Under the pieces are notes generated by a model. That model had not been told where the DNA came from and did not search any database. It saw only the letters and a list, made by a program, of their open reading frames with translations. From NCBI RefSeq assembly GCF_009914755.1, contig NC_060931.1: a stretch of 64,000 nucleotides of DNA. One strand, 5' to 3'. This DNA comes from the human T2T-CHM13v2.0 reference genome, Homo sapiens. The position numbers and the translations under genes were made by a program. Position 1 is the first letter of the stretch. The number at the start of each line of letters is the position of its first letter. Positions 38,918 through 53,639 of this stretch are shown here, piece by piece.

Positions 38918-39217
38918 TTATTTCTTTTTTTTTGGGACAGAGTCTTGCTCTGTCACCCTGGCTGGAGTGCAGTGGTGTCATCTCAGCTCACTGCAGCCTC
39001 TTCCTCCTGGTTCAGGCAGTTCTCTTGCTTCAGCCTCCTGAGTAGATGGGATTACCAGGCATGTGCCACCGGGACAGGGTAATGTTTTTGTATTTTTAAT
39101 AGAGACAGGGTTTTGCCATGTTGCCCAGGCCTGTCTTGAACTCCTGAGCTGAAGTGATCCCTCCGCCTCGGCCTCCCAAAATTCTGAGATTACAGGCATT
39201 AGCCACCACGCCCAACC
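38918..39217 (-). mobile_element. Alu (AluJb-like)
   Basis: Antisense dimer. Confidence 0.9.
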
Positions 39218-39339
39218 CCCACTTTTATTTCTGATTTTAGTAATTTGAGTCTCTCTCTTTTATTCTCAATCTAGTTTATGGTTTGTCAGTTTTGTTTATT
39301 CTTTTGAAGAACCAACAATTGGTTTTGCTGATTTCTGTT

Positions 39340-39627
39340 CTTTTTTTGAGACAGAGTCTAGCTCTGTCGCCAGGCTGGCGTGCAGTAGTGCGATCTTGGC
39401 TCACTGCAACCTCCGCCTCCCAGATTCAAGCAATTCTCCTGCCTAAGCCTCCTGAGTAGCTGGGATTACAGGCATGCCCTGCCACGCCCAACTAATTTTT
39501 GTATTTTTAGTAGAGACGTGGTTTCACATTGTTGGCCAGGATTATCTCAATCTCCTGACCTCATGATCTGCCCACCTCAGCTTCCCAAAGTGCTGGGATT
39601 ACAGGCATGAGCCACCGCACCTGGCCG
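39340..39627 (-). mobile_element. Alu (AluSc-like)
   Basis: ctctgtcgccaggctgg diagnostic; antisense dimer. Confidence 0.9.
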
Positions 39628-39644
39628 ATTTCTATTCTTTTGGT

Positions 39645-39952
<308 letters not shown>

Positions 39953-42900
39953 GTTTCTATTCTTAAAATCTCTTTTATTTATCTCCGCTCTAATCTTTGT
40001 TTTTTCTTGTTTTTGCTAGCTTTGAGTTTAGTTTGCTCTTCTTTTTCTAGTTCCTTATGGTGTAAACATAGGTTGTTTTTTTAAAATCTTCATTTTTATA
40101 TAAGTGTTTACAACTATAAATTTCCTTCTCAGCACTGCTTTTTCTGTATTCCATAAGTTTCGGCATGTTGGGTTTTTATTTTTATTTTGTCTCAGGGTGT
40201 ATTCTAATTTCCCTTGTGATTTCTTTGATTCATTGGTTGATAAGAATATGTTGTTAGATTTCCAAATATTTGTCAGTTTTCCTAGTTTCCCTCCATTACT
40301 GATTTTTAGTTTTGTTTTATTATAATGGGAAAAAATGCTTTGTTTGATTTCACTTCTTTAAAATTTATTAAGACTTGTTTCTTTTAGTCATTCCTGAAAA
40401 ATGTTTTACATGTCCTTGAGAAAAGTGTGTAGACTGCTGTTGTTGGATGCAGTGTTTTGTCTATGTCTGTTAGCTTCAGTTGATTTACAGTTTTCTTCAT
40501 ATCCTGTATTTCCTTGTTTATTTTCCGTCTAGTTGTTCCGTCCGTTATTGAAACTGGAGTATTGAAGTCTCCAACTATTATTATAGAACTGTCTGTTTCT
40601 CCCATTAATTCTACCAATCTTTGCGTTACATAATTTAAAGTTCTGATGTTTGGTGTATGTTTTTAATTGTTACATCATCTTGGCAAAGTGACCCATTTAT
40701 CAACATTTGAAGTCCTTTGTCTTTGATGATAGTTTTTGACTTGAGACTATTTTGTCTGATATTAGTGTGGCTTCTCTACCTTTCTGGTTACTATTTGCAT
40801 GAAGTATCTTTTTCCAACCTTTTACTTTGAACCTATGTGTTTTCTTAGATCTACAATGTGTCTTTTACAGATACGCAGTTGGGTCATGTCATTTTATCTA
40901 TTATGACATTCTGTGCCTTTAATTGGGAGAGTTTAATCAATTTACATATAAATACTTATAAGGAAGAACTAACTTGCCATTTTGTTTTCTGTATGTCTTT
41001 TAGCTGTTTTGTCCTTCATTTCTTCCATTACTGCCTTTGTTTGTGTTTACTTGATTTTTTGTAGTGACACAATTTGATTCCCTTCTCTTTTTTTTTTTGG
41101 TATATTTTATAGAAATTTTCTTTGGTTATTATAGGGATAATATATAATATCCTAAAGTTATTACAGTCTCAATTTTTTATACCAATCTAACTTAAATCAC
41201 ATTGAACAACTACACGTCCACTGCTCTGTCCCTCTTTTATGTTATTGATGTCGTAAATTACATTATTATACATTATGTACCTATTAACACAGATTCATGA
41301 TTTTTTAATGCATTCGCCTTTAAAAACTCATAGAAAATATAAGGTGAACTTGCAAACCAAAATTATAATAATACTGGTTTTTATATTTGCCCTTGCATTT
41401 ACCTTTACGGGATCTTTATATCTTTATATTGCTTTGAGTTACTGTCTAGAGTCCTTCTATTTCAACCTGAAGGACTACCTTCAGTATTTCTTGTAGTACA
41501 TGTGTAGTGATAATGAACCTCCCTCAGGTTTTGTTTACTGGGGAATGTCTTTATTTCTACCTTGTTTTTAATGGTCAGTTTTGCCAGATACAGAAGTTGC
41601 ATTTGACATTTATTTTCTTGTAGCACTTTAAATGTATCATTGCACTGCCTTCAGGCCTCCAAGGTTTCTGCCAAAAAGTTGGCTTATAGTCTTATTTGAG
41701 GATTCTGTCTATGCAGTGAGTTGCTTCTCTTTTGCCACTTTCAAGATTCTGTCTTGGCTTTTGACAGTTTGATTGTAATCGTGTTGGTATTGGTTGTGAG
41801 TTTTTCTTATTTGGAGTTTGTTGAGATCCTTGGATTTGTAGATTCATCAGTTACATCACCTTTGGGAAGTTTTTTCCTTCATGTAATCTCTGTTCATTTC
41901 TCTTCCTCTGAAACATCCATTGAGTATATATTGGTCCAATTGATTTATTTCATAATCTCTTGGGCTCTGTTTAATTTTCTTCTTTCTTTTTTCTTTCTGC
42001 TCAGATTTGATAATTTCTGTTGTCTTCAGATTTGCTGAGTTTTTTCTTTTGCCTACTCAGTTCTGCTATTGAACCTATATAGTGAAATTTTCAATTATTG
42101 TATTTTTCAGCTCTACAGTTTGTTTTTATAATTTCTCTTTATTGATATTCTCATTTTGCTCATTATTTTCCTGATTTCCCTTCACTTTTTTCTTTAGCTC
42201 TTTGGGCATAGTTCAGACAGCTGCTTTAAAGTCTGTCTAATAAATCTAATATCTGTATTTCTTCAGGAATGGTTTCTGGAAATTTTTGTTCCTTGGAATG
42301 GGCTATGTTTTCCTATACCTTGTTGCATGCCTTGTGATGTTTTTTGAAAACTGAGTATTTGAAAGAGTCACCTCTCTTCAGTTGCACACTGGCTGTGTAC
42401 TACTGGGGCATTTCTCTGCTGATTAGTTGAGCATGCCCTTAACGTAGTGATCACCCTAAGGTGAAAGCTTAAGGTCTTCTTTTCTGAGCATTTGTGTTGC
42501 CTAGGCCTGTGGGTCGCTTTCTCAATTCCTCCTGTATGCATGGCTGCTTTTGAATGTCTTAATTTCCCAAAGAGTCTCACCTGGATACTCAGATGGTCTA
42601 TTGTATCTACCCACTGTAATCTTATGCCCCAAACATCTATTGTGTCCCCTTGCAGCTTTCATAAATGGTGCCCATTGCTTCTCTCACCCAATGAGGTCCC
42701 AGTTAGGCAAAACAGGAATCAGTTCTTCTGGCAGACCAGAGAGGTTAAAATGTTACAAGTTAGGTCTGCACTCTTGCCGCTCATTTGAAGGGAATGAATT
42801 GGGAATTGGTTTGCTGCCTCCTTGAGACCCAGATAAACTGCAGAAGGGGTGGGACAAGATCACAGAAAAATGTCACAAAAGTTTTGCATATTTTTTTTCT

Positions 42901-44525
42901 TAATTGGGCATTTGCTTCATTCTGTAGACCTTTGTTTTTCACAGGTCCTGTAAGGTTAATTCAACTAATTTCTGGTTGTTTTTGGTGTTTCTGTGAGGGA
43001 ATGAGGCTTTGAGCTTTTTAGTTTGCCGTTTTGCTGATGCCACTCAATAATACTTTTTAAATTATGAAAATAGCAGAATCATATTGAAGGAAGTTTACAG
43101 CACCCAGAAGTATAACAAACTAAGAAAAATCATCCGTATTGTACTATCCACAGAGTAGCCACTATTTACATTTTGGTGTGTTACCTTTCAGACTTCTATT
43201 TTTCTTCCTCTCTCTTTTCCCTTTGTCCTCTGTCATCTTGTTCCCCCACTCCTCACCACAAATAAAAAGGGGTAAAAAACTAAAAAAAACCTCTAAACAC
43301 AATTTATTGAGTACAGTGTTAATTTTTTAATTAGCATACTTTTGTTTTTAATTTCCCAAAACATTATTGTATATACTAAAATTATCATTTATATTTCCAA
43401 AAAGAAATATTGTAGATATTTCTGATAACATCCAAATGCTTGGGTTTTATTCTAATCTTTCTGCTTTCAAGGTATAAGAGTTAAGAAAGAATCGAGTGTG
43501 GCCAACCCATGTTACTTTCCTGTGACTTAGACATTTTTGCATTTTTACATCTAGTAAAAATTGGCACGCTCTCAGTCAAAGGGGTAAGCCCAGACCACGT
43601 GGAAAGGATCTTACCTCTTTTGAGAGCTAATATAAAAAGAATTCCTCCTAGACATAAAAATATTGTGACATCAGTTACTTAGGCTAAGCATGCCTATTAT
43701 TCTAAGTGAATTATTAACAATAAATACTTTAACTCTGTGCCGTGTTGTCATAATATGGTTTATAATTTATTTTAACCTTAGGTTATATATACCTTGAAGC
43801 CATTTATATTTTCATATACTTGTAATAGTTACTATATACTAGACTATGTATGTTAGACTAGACATGGAGAGTCAAAAAAGAGTACGTGATCAGAGTACAA
43901 ATCATGCCCTAGCTTCCCTTCATGTCTACCTCCTACCTCGAGTAGAAGCAATATAAAAAGTAATTACCTAAGATTTTTTGGATTCTGGTTTGGGAGAAGC
44001 ACCCTTATATTTAGGCTGATGGGTGGCTGAATTAGAAAGTATGTTTTGTGATTTAGAATTTTATACGGAGATGTTCATTGTGATTAATTCTTTGTATTAG
44101 CAGATTTTTGCTTTTTATAGTTGCATGATTTCTTGTTTTGATCATTCATTATTGTCTATTAGTAAAGAAAAACTTTATTTCACTCAAGCAGCGACATATA
44201 ATCCAACTTGGATTTTTTTAATAATGACATTTTTCTTTGGGAATAACATTACTGTTAAAAATGTAGATTATTAGATACATTACTTTTAATGAATATAAGT
44301 GGTATAATTAGAAGACTGAAAAGAATCCCTGGAAACATGAGTCTGATTTGATAGCTAAGCAACTGAGGACAAGATACTTATTCTCTGTAGCATATTTTCT
44401 AATGTCATTTCATTGTCTCACCAAGAAGTACTTGCATAAGGCAAGTTTGATTATAGCATCTGTTGAATATTTAAGATTGCGTAAAGTGGGTGAGTTTAAC
44501 AGATATTTTCCCTTATTTCTTTTAG

Positions 44526-44632
44526 GTGAATCTGGATTGGGAAAGTCGACATTAATCAACTCATTATTCCTCACAGATTTGTATTCTCCAGAGTATCCAG
44601 GTCCTTCTCATAGAATTAAAAAGACTGTACAG
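44526..44632 (+). CDS. SEPTIN7: SEPTIN7 exon 4 (107 nt): (G)[36 protein letters not shown]1/P-loop
   Basis: ttatttcttttag|GTGAA...GTACAG|gtatgg; GxxxxGKS motif; seen inside ORF 44348-44671. Confidence 0.97.
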
Positions 44633-44894
44633 GTATGGATATTAGTATTGTTAATTGATAAGCTGGAATAATATTAATACACACAAAGCACATGTTGTAA
44701 CTTTTATTAGGCTTCCTTAGAGGTAAGATGCAAATTTGTCCTTAGCCAGTGTATGATGGTAAATATGACTTCATAAAATTTAAAAAAAAAAGTACAGTTC
44801 ATCAGAAGAATTATCTTGGCTAGAACTTCCCAAATTTGTCTAGAGGACTCTCCTAGAGATGACACTGTGACATAGTAACCAATTCCCCTGGAGT

Positions 44895-45087
44895 TGTGCT
44901 ATCTAGTATGGTAGTCATTTGCCACATGTTTAAATAAATTAAAATTAGTTAAATTAAAAATGCAATTTCTCATTTGCTCCAGATACATTTCAAGTGCTCA
45001 ACAGCCCATGTGGCAAGTGGCTGCCATTTTTTGCAGCACGTATATGAAGATTTTCATCATTGCAGAAAATTGCATTAGATGGTGTAG
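44895..45087 (-). mobile_element. MER3
   Basis: catttcaagtgctcaacagcccatgtggcaagtggctgcc...ttcatcattgcagaaa. Confidence 0.75.
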
Positions 45088-45223
45088 AGAAAACGTGATT
45101 TATAGAAAAGCTATTGTGATTTAAATATAGTGTTCTATATTAGTCAGTGGGATAATACCATATCATAGTTGAATGGCAATAGCGATTCTGTAAGACTCCC
45201 AAGGTATATGTGATCTGATTTAC

Positions 45224-45380
45224 TAGTTCTCAGTCTTTGCTATGCATTCCAATCCTCGGTATCCTGTTAAATTTAGTTCTTCTAGTAGGTCTGAGATGGG
45301 CTGCAATTTCTACATTTCTAACAAGATCACAGGTGATGCTGATGCTGCTGGATGGTAGATCACACTTTATAGAGCAAGGG
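45224..45380. mobile_element. MER5A-like MITE
   Basis: cagtaggtctgag-like core; catttctaacaag...caggtgatgctgatgctgctgg...cacacttt. Confidence 0.7.
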
Positions 45381-45409
45381 GCTAGATTCTAGATATGCAC
45401 TTTTTATTA

Positions 45410-45692
45410 AATAGTACAGCAGCCTGTAGCCACATGTGGCTATTAATCTTTGAAATGTAGGTGGTCTGAATTGTGATGTTCTGCAAATATAAAATATACC
45501 ACAGATGTCTAAGACTGAGCATGGAAAAAAAAATCTCAATAATTTTTTATATTGATTGTATACTGCAGTGATAATATTTTGGATGTATCAGGTTAAATAA
45601 AATTGATTGATTTCACCTTTTTCCTATTTTAAAAGTGGCTAAGAAAATTATAAATTATATGATTGATATGGTATTTTTGTTTGTCAGCACTG
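45410..45692 (+). mobile_element. MER33-like
   Basis: tagccacatgtggctatt...tgaattgtgatgttctgcaaatataaaata...cagcactg. Confidence 0.72.
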
Positions 45693-47812
45693 CTCTAAAC
45701 TGTTGATTAAAAATATTGTTGGTGAGCTCTGCTTATGTGATATGTAGGACATGAGCAGAGAGGAGGCAAGTGAACAGTTCTGGCTGGAGTTGGCTTCATT
45801 CAGGCAGTGATGCTTTTAGCTGGATTTGAAGAAGTGGTAGTGATCATCCCAGTGCACAGGATGGAGGGACAGTCTGTATATTCTGGGCAGTAACTCATAT
45901 ATCAAACTATAAGATGCAGTTTAGTAACTAGATCCCAAAGGAGTAATTTTGTGAAGTGAATTTCTTATTTCTCCTTCTCAATGTTTCTATTTTAGGATTT
46001 TTTTTTTTTTTGGTAACCTTTATAGGGCTTGAGATTTAAAATTACCTGCAAAATTATGCTCTAAAAACTTGTTCCTACATGCTTATTTATTTTGTGATAA
46101 ATATTGGAAATTTTAATCCTAAGCAAGAAAATGAACTTTGAACTTTCTTAATTTGGGTATCTATTAGGAATACCTTAATTTAGGTATTTATGAATTTAGA
46201 TATGCAAGATAAAACTAACCACTACCCAAATTAATGTACAGTTCATTTCCAGAACCCTAGTTTCTTCTGTGTGCTCACTGTCATTCAGTATTACAACCCC
46301 CAAAGATACACACCTTAACTGACTGCTTTCTCCATAGATAAATTTGCCTGTTCTTGAATGTTACATACATATACTTTTTTATATCTGTTTTCTTTCAGTG
46401 AAGATTACGTCTGTATTATTTACTCATGTTGGGTGTAGTTCTTTTTCATCGTCATCGTATGCTACTCCATTGTGTGAATGTATCAGTATATCATTTATTG
46501 TTTATTTTAGATAAGCCTTTGGGTTTCAGTTTTTTACTAATAGGAACATTCTTGTGTATGTCTTGGTGGACTTAGGCACTCATTGCTGTTGTGTGTGCAT
46601 AAAGATATAAAGGTATTTGAGTCTATTTTCTTTGATTTCTAGTGAGGTTGAACATGTCTTTTGTACTCATTAACTGTTATTTCATGAAAGTGTTTTGATA
46701 ATATTTTCTGTCATTTTATTCCTGATTTATAGGAGTTTTAAAAATCTAACTAATAATCCCCTACATTTTAGATATTGCAGACATTTTCTCCCCAGGCAAG
46801 CATCTGTTAAAGATGTGACATGCCCTCAATTTATTAGAATTCTTACATTGGCCTAGCTTCAAAATAAATTGTCTAAACCCATTTTACCTTCCTTTAAAAT
46901 AACACTTCAAAAATATCCTCTTCTGTTGTGAATATCTTCCCAGAAACTCTCTTTATCTTGAAAACAAAGGGGTAATGGAGGTAAGAATATCTCTAGGAGG
47001 ATTTTTAAGACAGAAGCCTGTGCACCACTGTTAAATATCTTTTCTTTACCAAAAGGAAGACCTGTAACATTTGAGAACCAGATTGATCCTTACTAGAATC
47101 CTGTAGAAGTCCTCTTTCCTGATTGAACCATGGAGGTGTATTCTTTTATATACTGGAAACCAGTTGAAGATCATCTAAACTCTTTTGCCCACTTACTCAG
47201 GAAAGAACATGCCATATTACAGACAGGGTCAGAGTCATTCAAGAAGCCTGAATGTAGTTAGAAAATGAGAATGTAATCTTTTTGATAGTTGGCTGGCTCC
47301 TTACCAAGCCCAGTAGTCTAGCAGATGATCTGCCCTTGGAAGCTAATAAACTCTCACAGTAGAGGGGAGTGGTCACCAGTATTGTATCTCAGTCCAGACA
47401 TATTAGACTGGTAAACATACAATCCTGAGTTTCAGAAGACAAACGTTTATGAAAATGGGGAGAAAAACTGTCTCCTATTATGTGGCTGAATAAGGAGCAA
47501 GATATTAATAAAGACCATGATCTCATATTCTCATCCCTGGGCATTATCTATTTATAAGAGACTTGTATCTTAAAGGAGATATTCATTCACATTCACAGTC
47601 TTGGAAGGAATGGGAAGCTGTGTACACTGAACAGAGAGCTGATTTTTAGCCTCCTGTGTGTAAAATAGCAGTTCTGATTCAAGTGAAGTTTTCAGTATTG
47701 ATAGAAGCTCATTAAGATTAATTCTTAACCTCTTATCTTGGACCTCAGGACCCTGAGTTATATCTGTGCATTTCCAGATGCGAGCTGACACCAGTCCTGG
47801 AATTCTTTATAC

Positions 47813-48001
47813 CAGTGCTTCTCAAACTTGAGCGCACATCACAATCACCTGGAAGGCTTGTCGAAACACAGATTGCTGAGCCCCTTTCTTCATGGTTTGC
47901 TATATAGCAGGTTTGAGGCAGGGCCCAACTAATTTGTATTTCTATTTAGTTCTCAGAATGTATTACTGCCAGTCTGGGTACTACATTTTGAGAACAACTG
48001 C
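47813..48001. mobile_element. MER5A
   Basis: cagtgcttctcaaacttgagc...aatcacctgga...tttgagaacaactg. Confidence 0.8.
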
Positions 48002-48321
48002 TCTGCTGCAAACTGGTTTTATCCTGTGTCTGTCAGGGTGAAAGGAGGAGAGGGAAGTGTTTTACCTTAGTTCTTTCAGAATGTTTCAAGTGGAATGAAA
48101 TGGTACCATGTTACCTCCATTTTTTACTTATATATATATTTTTCCAAAAGATTGATGAAAATGAAGTGAAAAAAATTGAACATTTGAGCTCTACTTCATG
48201 TTTCAGTATCAAATATAGATACCCAGATTAACAAAATTTTTTGGAAAAATATTGCTTACAATGTTGTATGTATGTTAACAGTTAACCGTTATTTTATAAT
48301 TTTGTACCATTTGAAAATTTT

Positions 48322-48639
<318 letters not shown>

Positions 48640-48845
48640 TAAATCATACTTCATGTCACTGAAAGGGTATCATCTGTCTTTTCTTGGGAAGAAATTATCC
48701 TTTCTTCTGAGATTGAAGTCCATTTTAATTTTCTCTTAATGTATTAAGATAATTCTTTTGTGCAATGACACTGTTAGATTTTTTAAAGTTCTTAGTTGGA
48801 AACTACGCTGCTCCCCTTTGAAACTTTTTATTGGTCCATGAAGTG

Positions 48846-49143
48846 TTTTTTTTTTTTCTTTCCGAGATGGAGTCTTGCTCTGTTGCCCAGGCTGGAGTGC
48901 AGTGGTGTGATCTCAAGCTTACTGCAACCTCTGCTTCCTGGGCTCAAGCAATTCTCCTGCCTTAGCCTCCCGGGTAGCTGGGATTACAGGCGCGTACTAC
49001 ACCTGGCTAATTTTTGTATTTTTAGTAGAGATGGGGTTTCACCATGTTGGCCAGGCTGGTCTCGAACTCCCGACCTCAACTGATCCTTCCACCTCAGCCT
49101 CCGAAAGCGCTGGGATTACAGGTGTGAGCCACCGCACCCAGCT
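48846..49143 (-). mobile_element. Alu (AluS-like)
   Basis: Antisense dimer; flanked by tggtccatgaagt / tggtccctgaagt. Confidence 0.92.
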
Positions 49144-51682
49144 GGTCCCTGAAGTTTTGTAAATCAAACTCTGTAGATGAAGTGGGTGCAAAATTTTGAA
49201 AGTGAGAAAAGGTGAAAGCAGTATGTACTTCTCTGGGGTAACATACTTGATAGACTCCTTGAAAAATTTTCACAGAGCCCTATCAGGAGAGTCTCCTGTT
49301 GACAACTGGTCCAGTTTTGATAGTTTTTGAGCCATTCACATAACATATTTGAATGCTTGTCTTAAACTAAGTTTTGGGGCTACAATGATGATAGACAAAA
49401 AGTTCTCAAAGATCTCACAATTGTGGGAAAAATATGGACAAACAATTATGACTTAGTGAGAAAGATGCTTTTGTAAGGTGCTGTAGAGGTGACCTTGGCA
49501 AGGTAAATTTTAATGAAGTGGTAGCAAGATGGCAGTGGGTTGAGAAGTGAGTGGTGAGTCAGTGAAGATGGGTGATGGCTATTAAGGAAGGGATGAAAAG
49601 GGATACCTAGGAGTGAGTATAGAGGACTCAGAGAGTGGTTTGATGATTTCCAAAAGAGACCTGAGAATGGTTATATCCTGTGGCAAGTCATTCTCTAAGA
49701 AATGAGAGATTGACGATAGAGGGGAAATAGTGTAAACGGTTGTCAAGATGAATCTAAAATGGAAATTAATCAGTTCCCTAGAACATATTGAGAAATTAGC
49801 TTTAGGAAAAAGATATATTTCACACACACTGTACCATGGAAGGTACAGTGCTGATTCAGACAGACTGGGAATGGTCTCATTTTTAAGTGGAGATATGAGG
49901 TACTTCACTGAGCATTGTGACAGACATGGGCTTGGGAAGAGCCTACTGGGAAATGGGAGAGGCATGAGACTAAGGAGCACATAAGAGGAATATTAGCAGG
50001 GAAATTCTTGTTGAGGTTGAAAGTCATGAATTTTATGGTATAGGAATAGAAAGATGGGTTAATCCAGAGTGGGATTTGAGTTGGAAAGGGAAAGAAATAA
50101 AGGTTTTGGGAAGGAGGTTGCTAATAGAAAATGAGAGGGGCAAGGGATTTGAGGTCTCAGCGTAAGGAGACAGGGATATGAGAGGTAGAGAGGTTCAGAA
50201 TAGAAGGCCAAGTTAGAGTTTTGGGATCAACTTTCTTAATAAAGTAGTTCTGGGTCTTGATGAGAAGGAGGTATTCTTTAAGCATAACTGTTTTACTATT
50301 GGTCACTTCCTCTTTCATTTTCTTGTGGAACACGATGAAACATGTAAGATGATATTTGTCTTTTGAGCCAGTAAATAAGCAAAATAGATAGTTTTTGTGT
50401 TTGAGCTAAGTGGAGTATCTCAGGCCATTCCAATGTCTTCAGAGTTTTGGCTGTAATGCTACCTCTTGAGCAAGTGAAGGTAGAGGTAGGCTCTTGACAG
50501 AAAATTTTAACCCTCTCTTCAAAATGTTATGTTCTTAATTAAATAACATTTTTTATTTACCTTAATAAGTGGCATGTAAACATTAAGTTAGGTTAGTTTA
50601 TATGACACTGTATAATAAACATTGTTTGACTTTTTTTCCTCAGATGGTAAAACTGAAAACTCAGTATACTGGAACTCTTGTATACTGTATACACTCAGTA
50701 TTAGAAAATGAGTACCTTGGATTTCTGGAATCTCAGATGCCAAAAGAGGTCTCAATAGATGAATTATACATAGATGATACATGGACGATAGCTTTAGTTT
50801 TATTTATTTTTCAGGGAAAAACAGTTGAAAATGCCCTTGATTCATTCTTTTGGTATTAAATGATGCAGCTAATCTTAGAGAACCCTGAGTGATGCCATAA
50901 AGATGTTGATGTGACCTGCTTAAGGAAAGTGCGTGGGAAAGTGGCCATTTGGAATAGATTTGTTAGAAAAGTTTGAAATTCTTGGACTTCAACTAATTTG
51001 TTTTCCATGGATCCCATGAGGATACTTGTAAAAGCAGATGATAGGATACAGTCGGATCCTGTGAATGGCACTAGTTTAGTTGTGTTTTCTGGATCTCTTC
51101 CATATGTCGCTGACTTCTTTGTATTTGACCGTGTATGGATACACAGAATTTTGTAGGCCAGAGAAGAAAAGAAGCTTTATAAACATTCCTTAAAGTGTGT
51201 AAAATACAAATCTTCATTTGTCTTAGCAAGTCAATAAGTAATTAAGTTGTTGAACTGATTTTTTTTAAAAAACAGGGAAATATCTTAAAATTTAAGCTGT
51301 TAAGTTAAAATGTGTAATTGGTATACAGCATATTACTGAAGGTAGAATGGGCTTCGTTTGGTAATAAAGGAACCAGAAATAGTTTGAAGTAAAATTGGGA
51401 GATGATTCATGTAGATTTACTATATTGTTGTATCACTTTCTAGTGTGTAGTACTATGTTATTTAAAAGAGTAAGTAGGTAAAGGAGTGGTATGATTACTT
51501 TGGATATTTCTGCTTCAGCCACAGTTACCATGAATAAATGATCTGTCTTTATAAAGGAGATGGAAGTGAATTCAAGATATTGAGATGTTAGATTTGACTG
51601 GGTTGTCCTTTGGCTAGAAGATCACCAGATAAAATGTAAACCTCCTAAACTAGATGAGATGATACCATTAAACATTTTTTTT

Positions 51683-51818
51683 GGCCCAGCACTTTGGGAG
51701 GCTGAAATGGGAAGATCGCTTGAACCCAGGAGTGAGGCTGCAGTAAGCTATAATCTGCCATGCACTCCAGCCTGAGCAACAGAGTGAGACCCTGACTAAA
51801 AAAAAAAAAAAAAAAAAA
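51683..51818 (+). mobile_element. Alu monomer (FAM/FRAM-like)
   Basis: cccagcactttgggaggctga...gcactccagcctgagcaacagagtgagaccctg + polyA. Confidence 0.82.
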
Positions 51819-52316
51819 TGTTTTTCCTTTGGTTCTCATGATCTCACACTGATGAATCTGATTGTTTTCTCTGAGTTATTTTGCCTCTCTCATGTTATTA
51901 GGGTAACCTGATGATAGACATGTTATCTTAGTTGTGTGGTATGTGACAGTGATCTCCTAAATGATGTGCATCAATCATTGATACTGAGGATGATCAGAAA
52001 ATATTACAACTGTTATTGATGTTTACTTTTTTAATCTACAGATTAATGATAATGCATATGAATACTTAATATTCAGATTGCCAATAGTATATATTTGGTG
52101 GATAAATATCTTTTGGATCTGCAAAATTTTCACTTGATAGTTTATATCAGGATCAAAGCAGTTTAAAGAACATTAAAAGATAAGAATTTGGCATCTCATT
52201 TCTCTAAAAGATAAGTCATGTGTGTCCACATCTCAGGCAATTTTTTTCAGTTTTAATAAGTTTTATTCCTCATAATAAAATTTTTTTAACAGAAAACTCT
52301 TGATTGCTGTAGACCT

Positions 52317-52555
52317 CTGCTGTGTATTCGGTAGTCACTAGCCATATGTGGCTATTTAAGTTAATTCAAATTAAATAAAATTAAATATCAGCTCCTCATT
52401 TGCAGTAGTCAGATTTCAAGGACTAAGTAGCCACATGGACAAGTGGAAGGTGGTGTTCAGTTGCTGCTCATAATAGTTGATACCCTAGGATTTGGAGATG
52501 CAGTGTGGATACACAACAATTCCATCATCTCAGAAAGTGTTATTGGATAGTGTGG
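52317..52555 (-). mobile_element. MER3 interrupted by the SEPTIN7 exon 5 copy
   Basis: Collinear with the MER3 at 44895-45087 on both sides of 52446-52505. Confidence 0.8.
52446..52505 (+). repeat. 60-nt duplicate of part of SEPTIN7 exon 5 (53667-53726)
   Basis: 58/60 identical; C>T differences at 52471 and 52486; offset 1221 nt. Confidence 0.95.
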
Positions 52556-53639
52556 CTACAGACTTTTCTTGCTCAGCAATCTTAGTCTCCGCATGTTAGT
52601 CTCTTCATGCATCAGGTAGCATCTATAAAACATGCCAAAAGGAAGTAGGCTATCTCTAAAAGTGTCCCAAACTTTTTGTCTTGTAAATTAGCTTATCAGC
52701 ATACTTGGAGCCTCTAGCCTTAATAAGGACTTGTTATCCTTATTAAATGTGTTATCAGGAGAAAGCCTGTCTTTTTCTGGAGGAATTATTCCCTTTTCAT
52801 TTGAATCCGTGTTTGCTTTATCTTGGGTTCCTGAAAACTGATATTTTGCATTTAACAGCAGCATATGCCCAGGATGAATGATAATACATCTTCTGATACA
52901 GAGCTTGAGATTACAGAATGTCTTAAATTGTTCCAGGAACTGTTGTTATCATTTAAGTCCAATAATCAGTTAGTAAGGTTTCACCCTACCAGAATACACT
53001 TTTTTTTAAAATAAAAACTGTCTGGACTTTTGCTGATTACATTGTCCAGAATGTGGAGTATCACATTTGAGAAAAGGATTGGATCCTAGCCATAACATAA
53101 ATACAAGGGTAATACATCCATGCTGAGAAAGATTAAGGAATGATAGTAAGTTTATTTGAGTGAGTGGTTGGGGCCAAACTTGATAGAGAATAGTCCAGGA
53201 AGACATTTACTGTAAATGGTAGATTAGATGTTCTTCTCTGATTAATTACATTTGAACTCTGTGAATTATTAAATCACTCAAACTGCTTATTTGTATTATT
53301 AGATGCACATTTAAGTTATATAAGTATTACATGTCTTTAGTGGTGATCACTATTTTATCAGTTCCTCTGTCTGTCTTTATACCAAGTATGAGTCATAAAC
53401 CCAGTATGAATTTGCCAAGAGATTGGCAGACTATTTGTATATATGCTTTTCTTTCAAATAATCTGGATTTCCAATGCCCGCTATCATCAATTCTAAAGGT
53501 AATGTGGTAGTAGGTAGATTTAGTTTGCTAACAGTTTCCCAGTTGGTTTTGATAAACTCGAACGTCCCTACCATCACCCCTTGTAGGAAATCACTGATGT
53601 AATGTATGATATTAACATCTGCACCAATTACTCTTACAG

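Noticed and set aside
43477-43736. Possible MITE bounded by agagttaa / ttaactct
   Set aside because: An 8-bp inverted match in AT-rich DNA with no TSD or recognisable family is not enough.
52446-52505. Mutually exclusive alternative to exon 5
   Set aside because: No pyrimidine tract upstream, no donor, partial copy, G3 Pro>Leu change, and an in-frame stop about 15 codons downstream.
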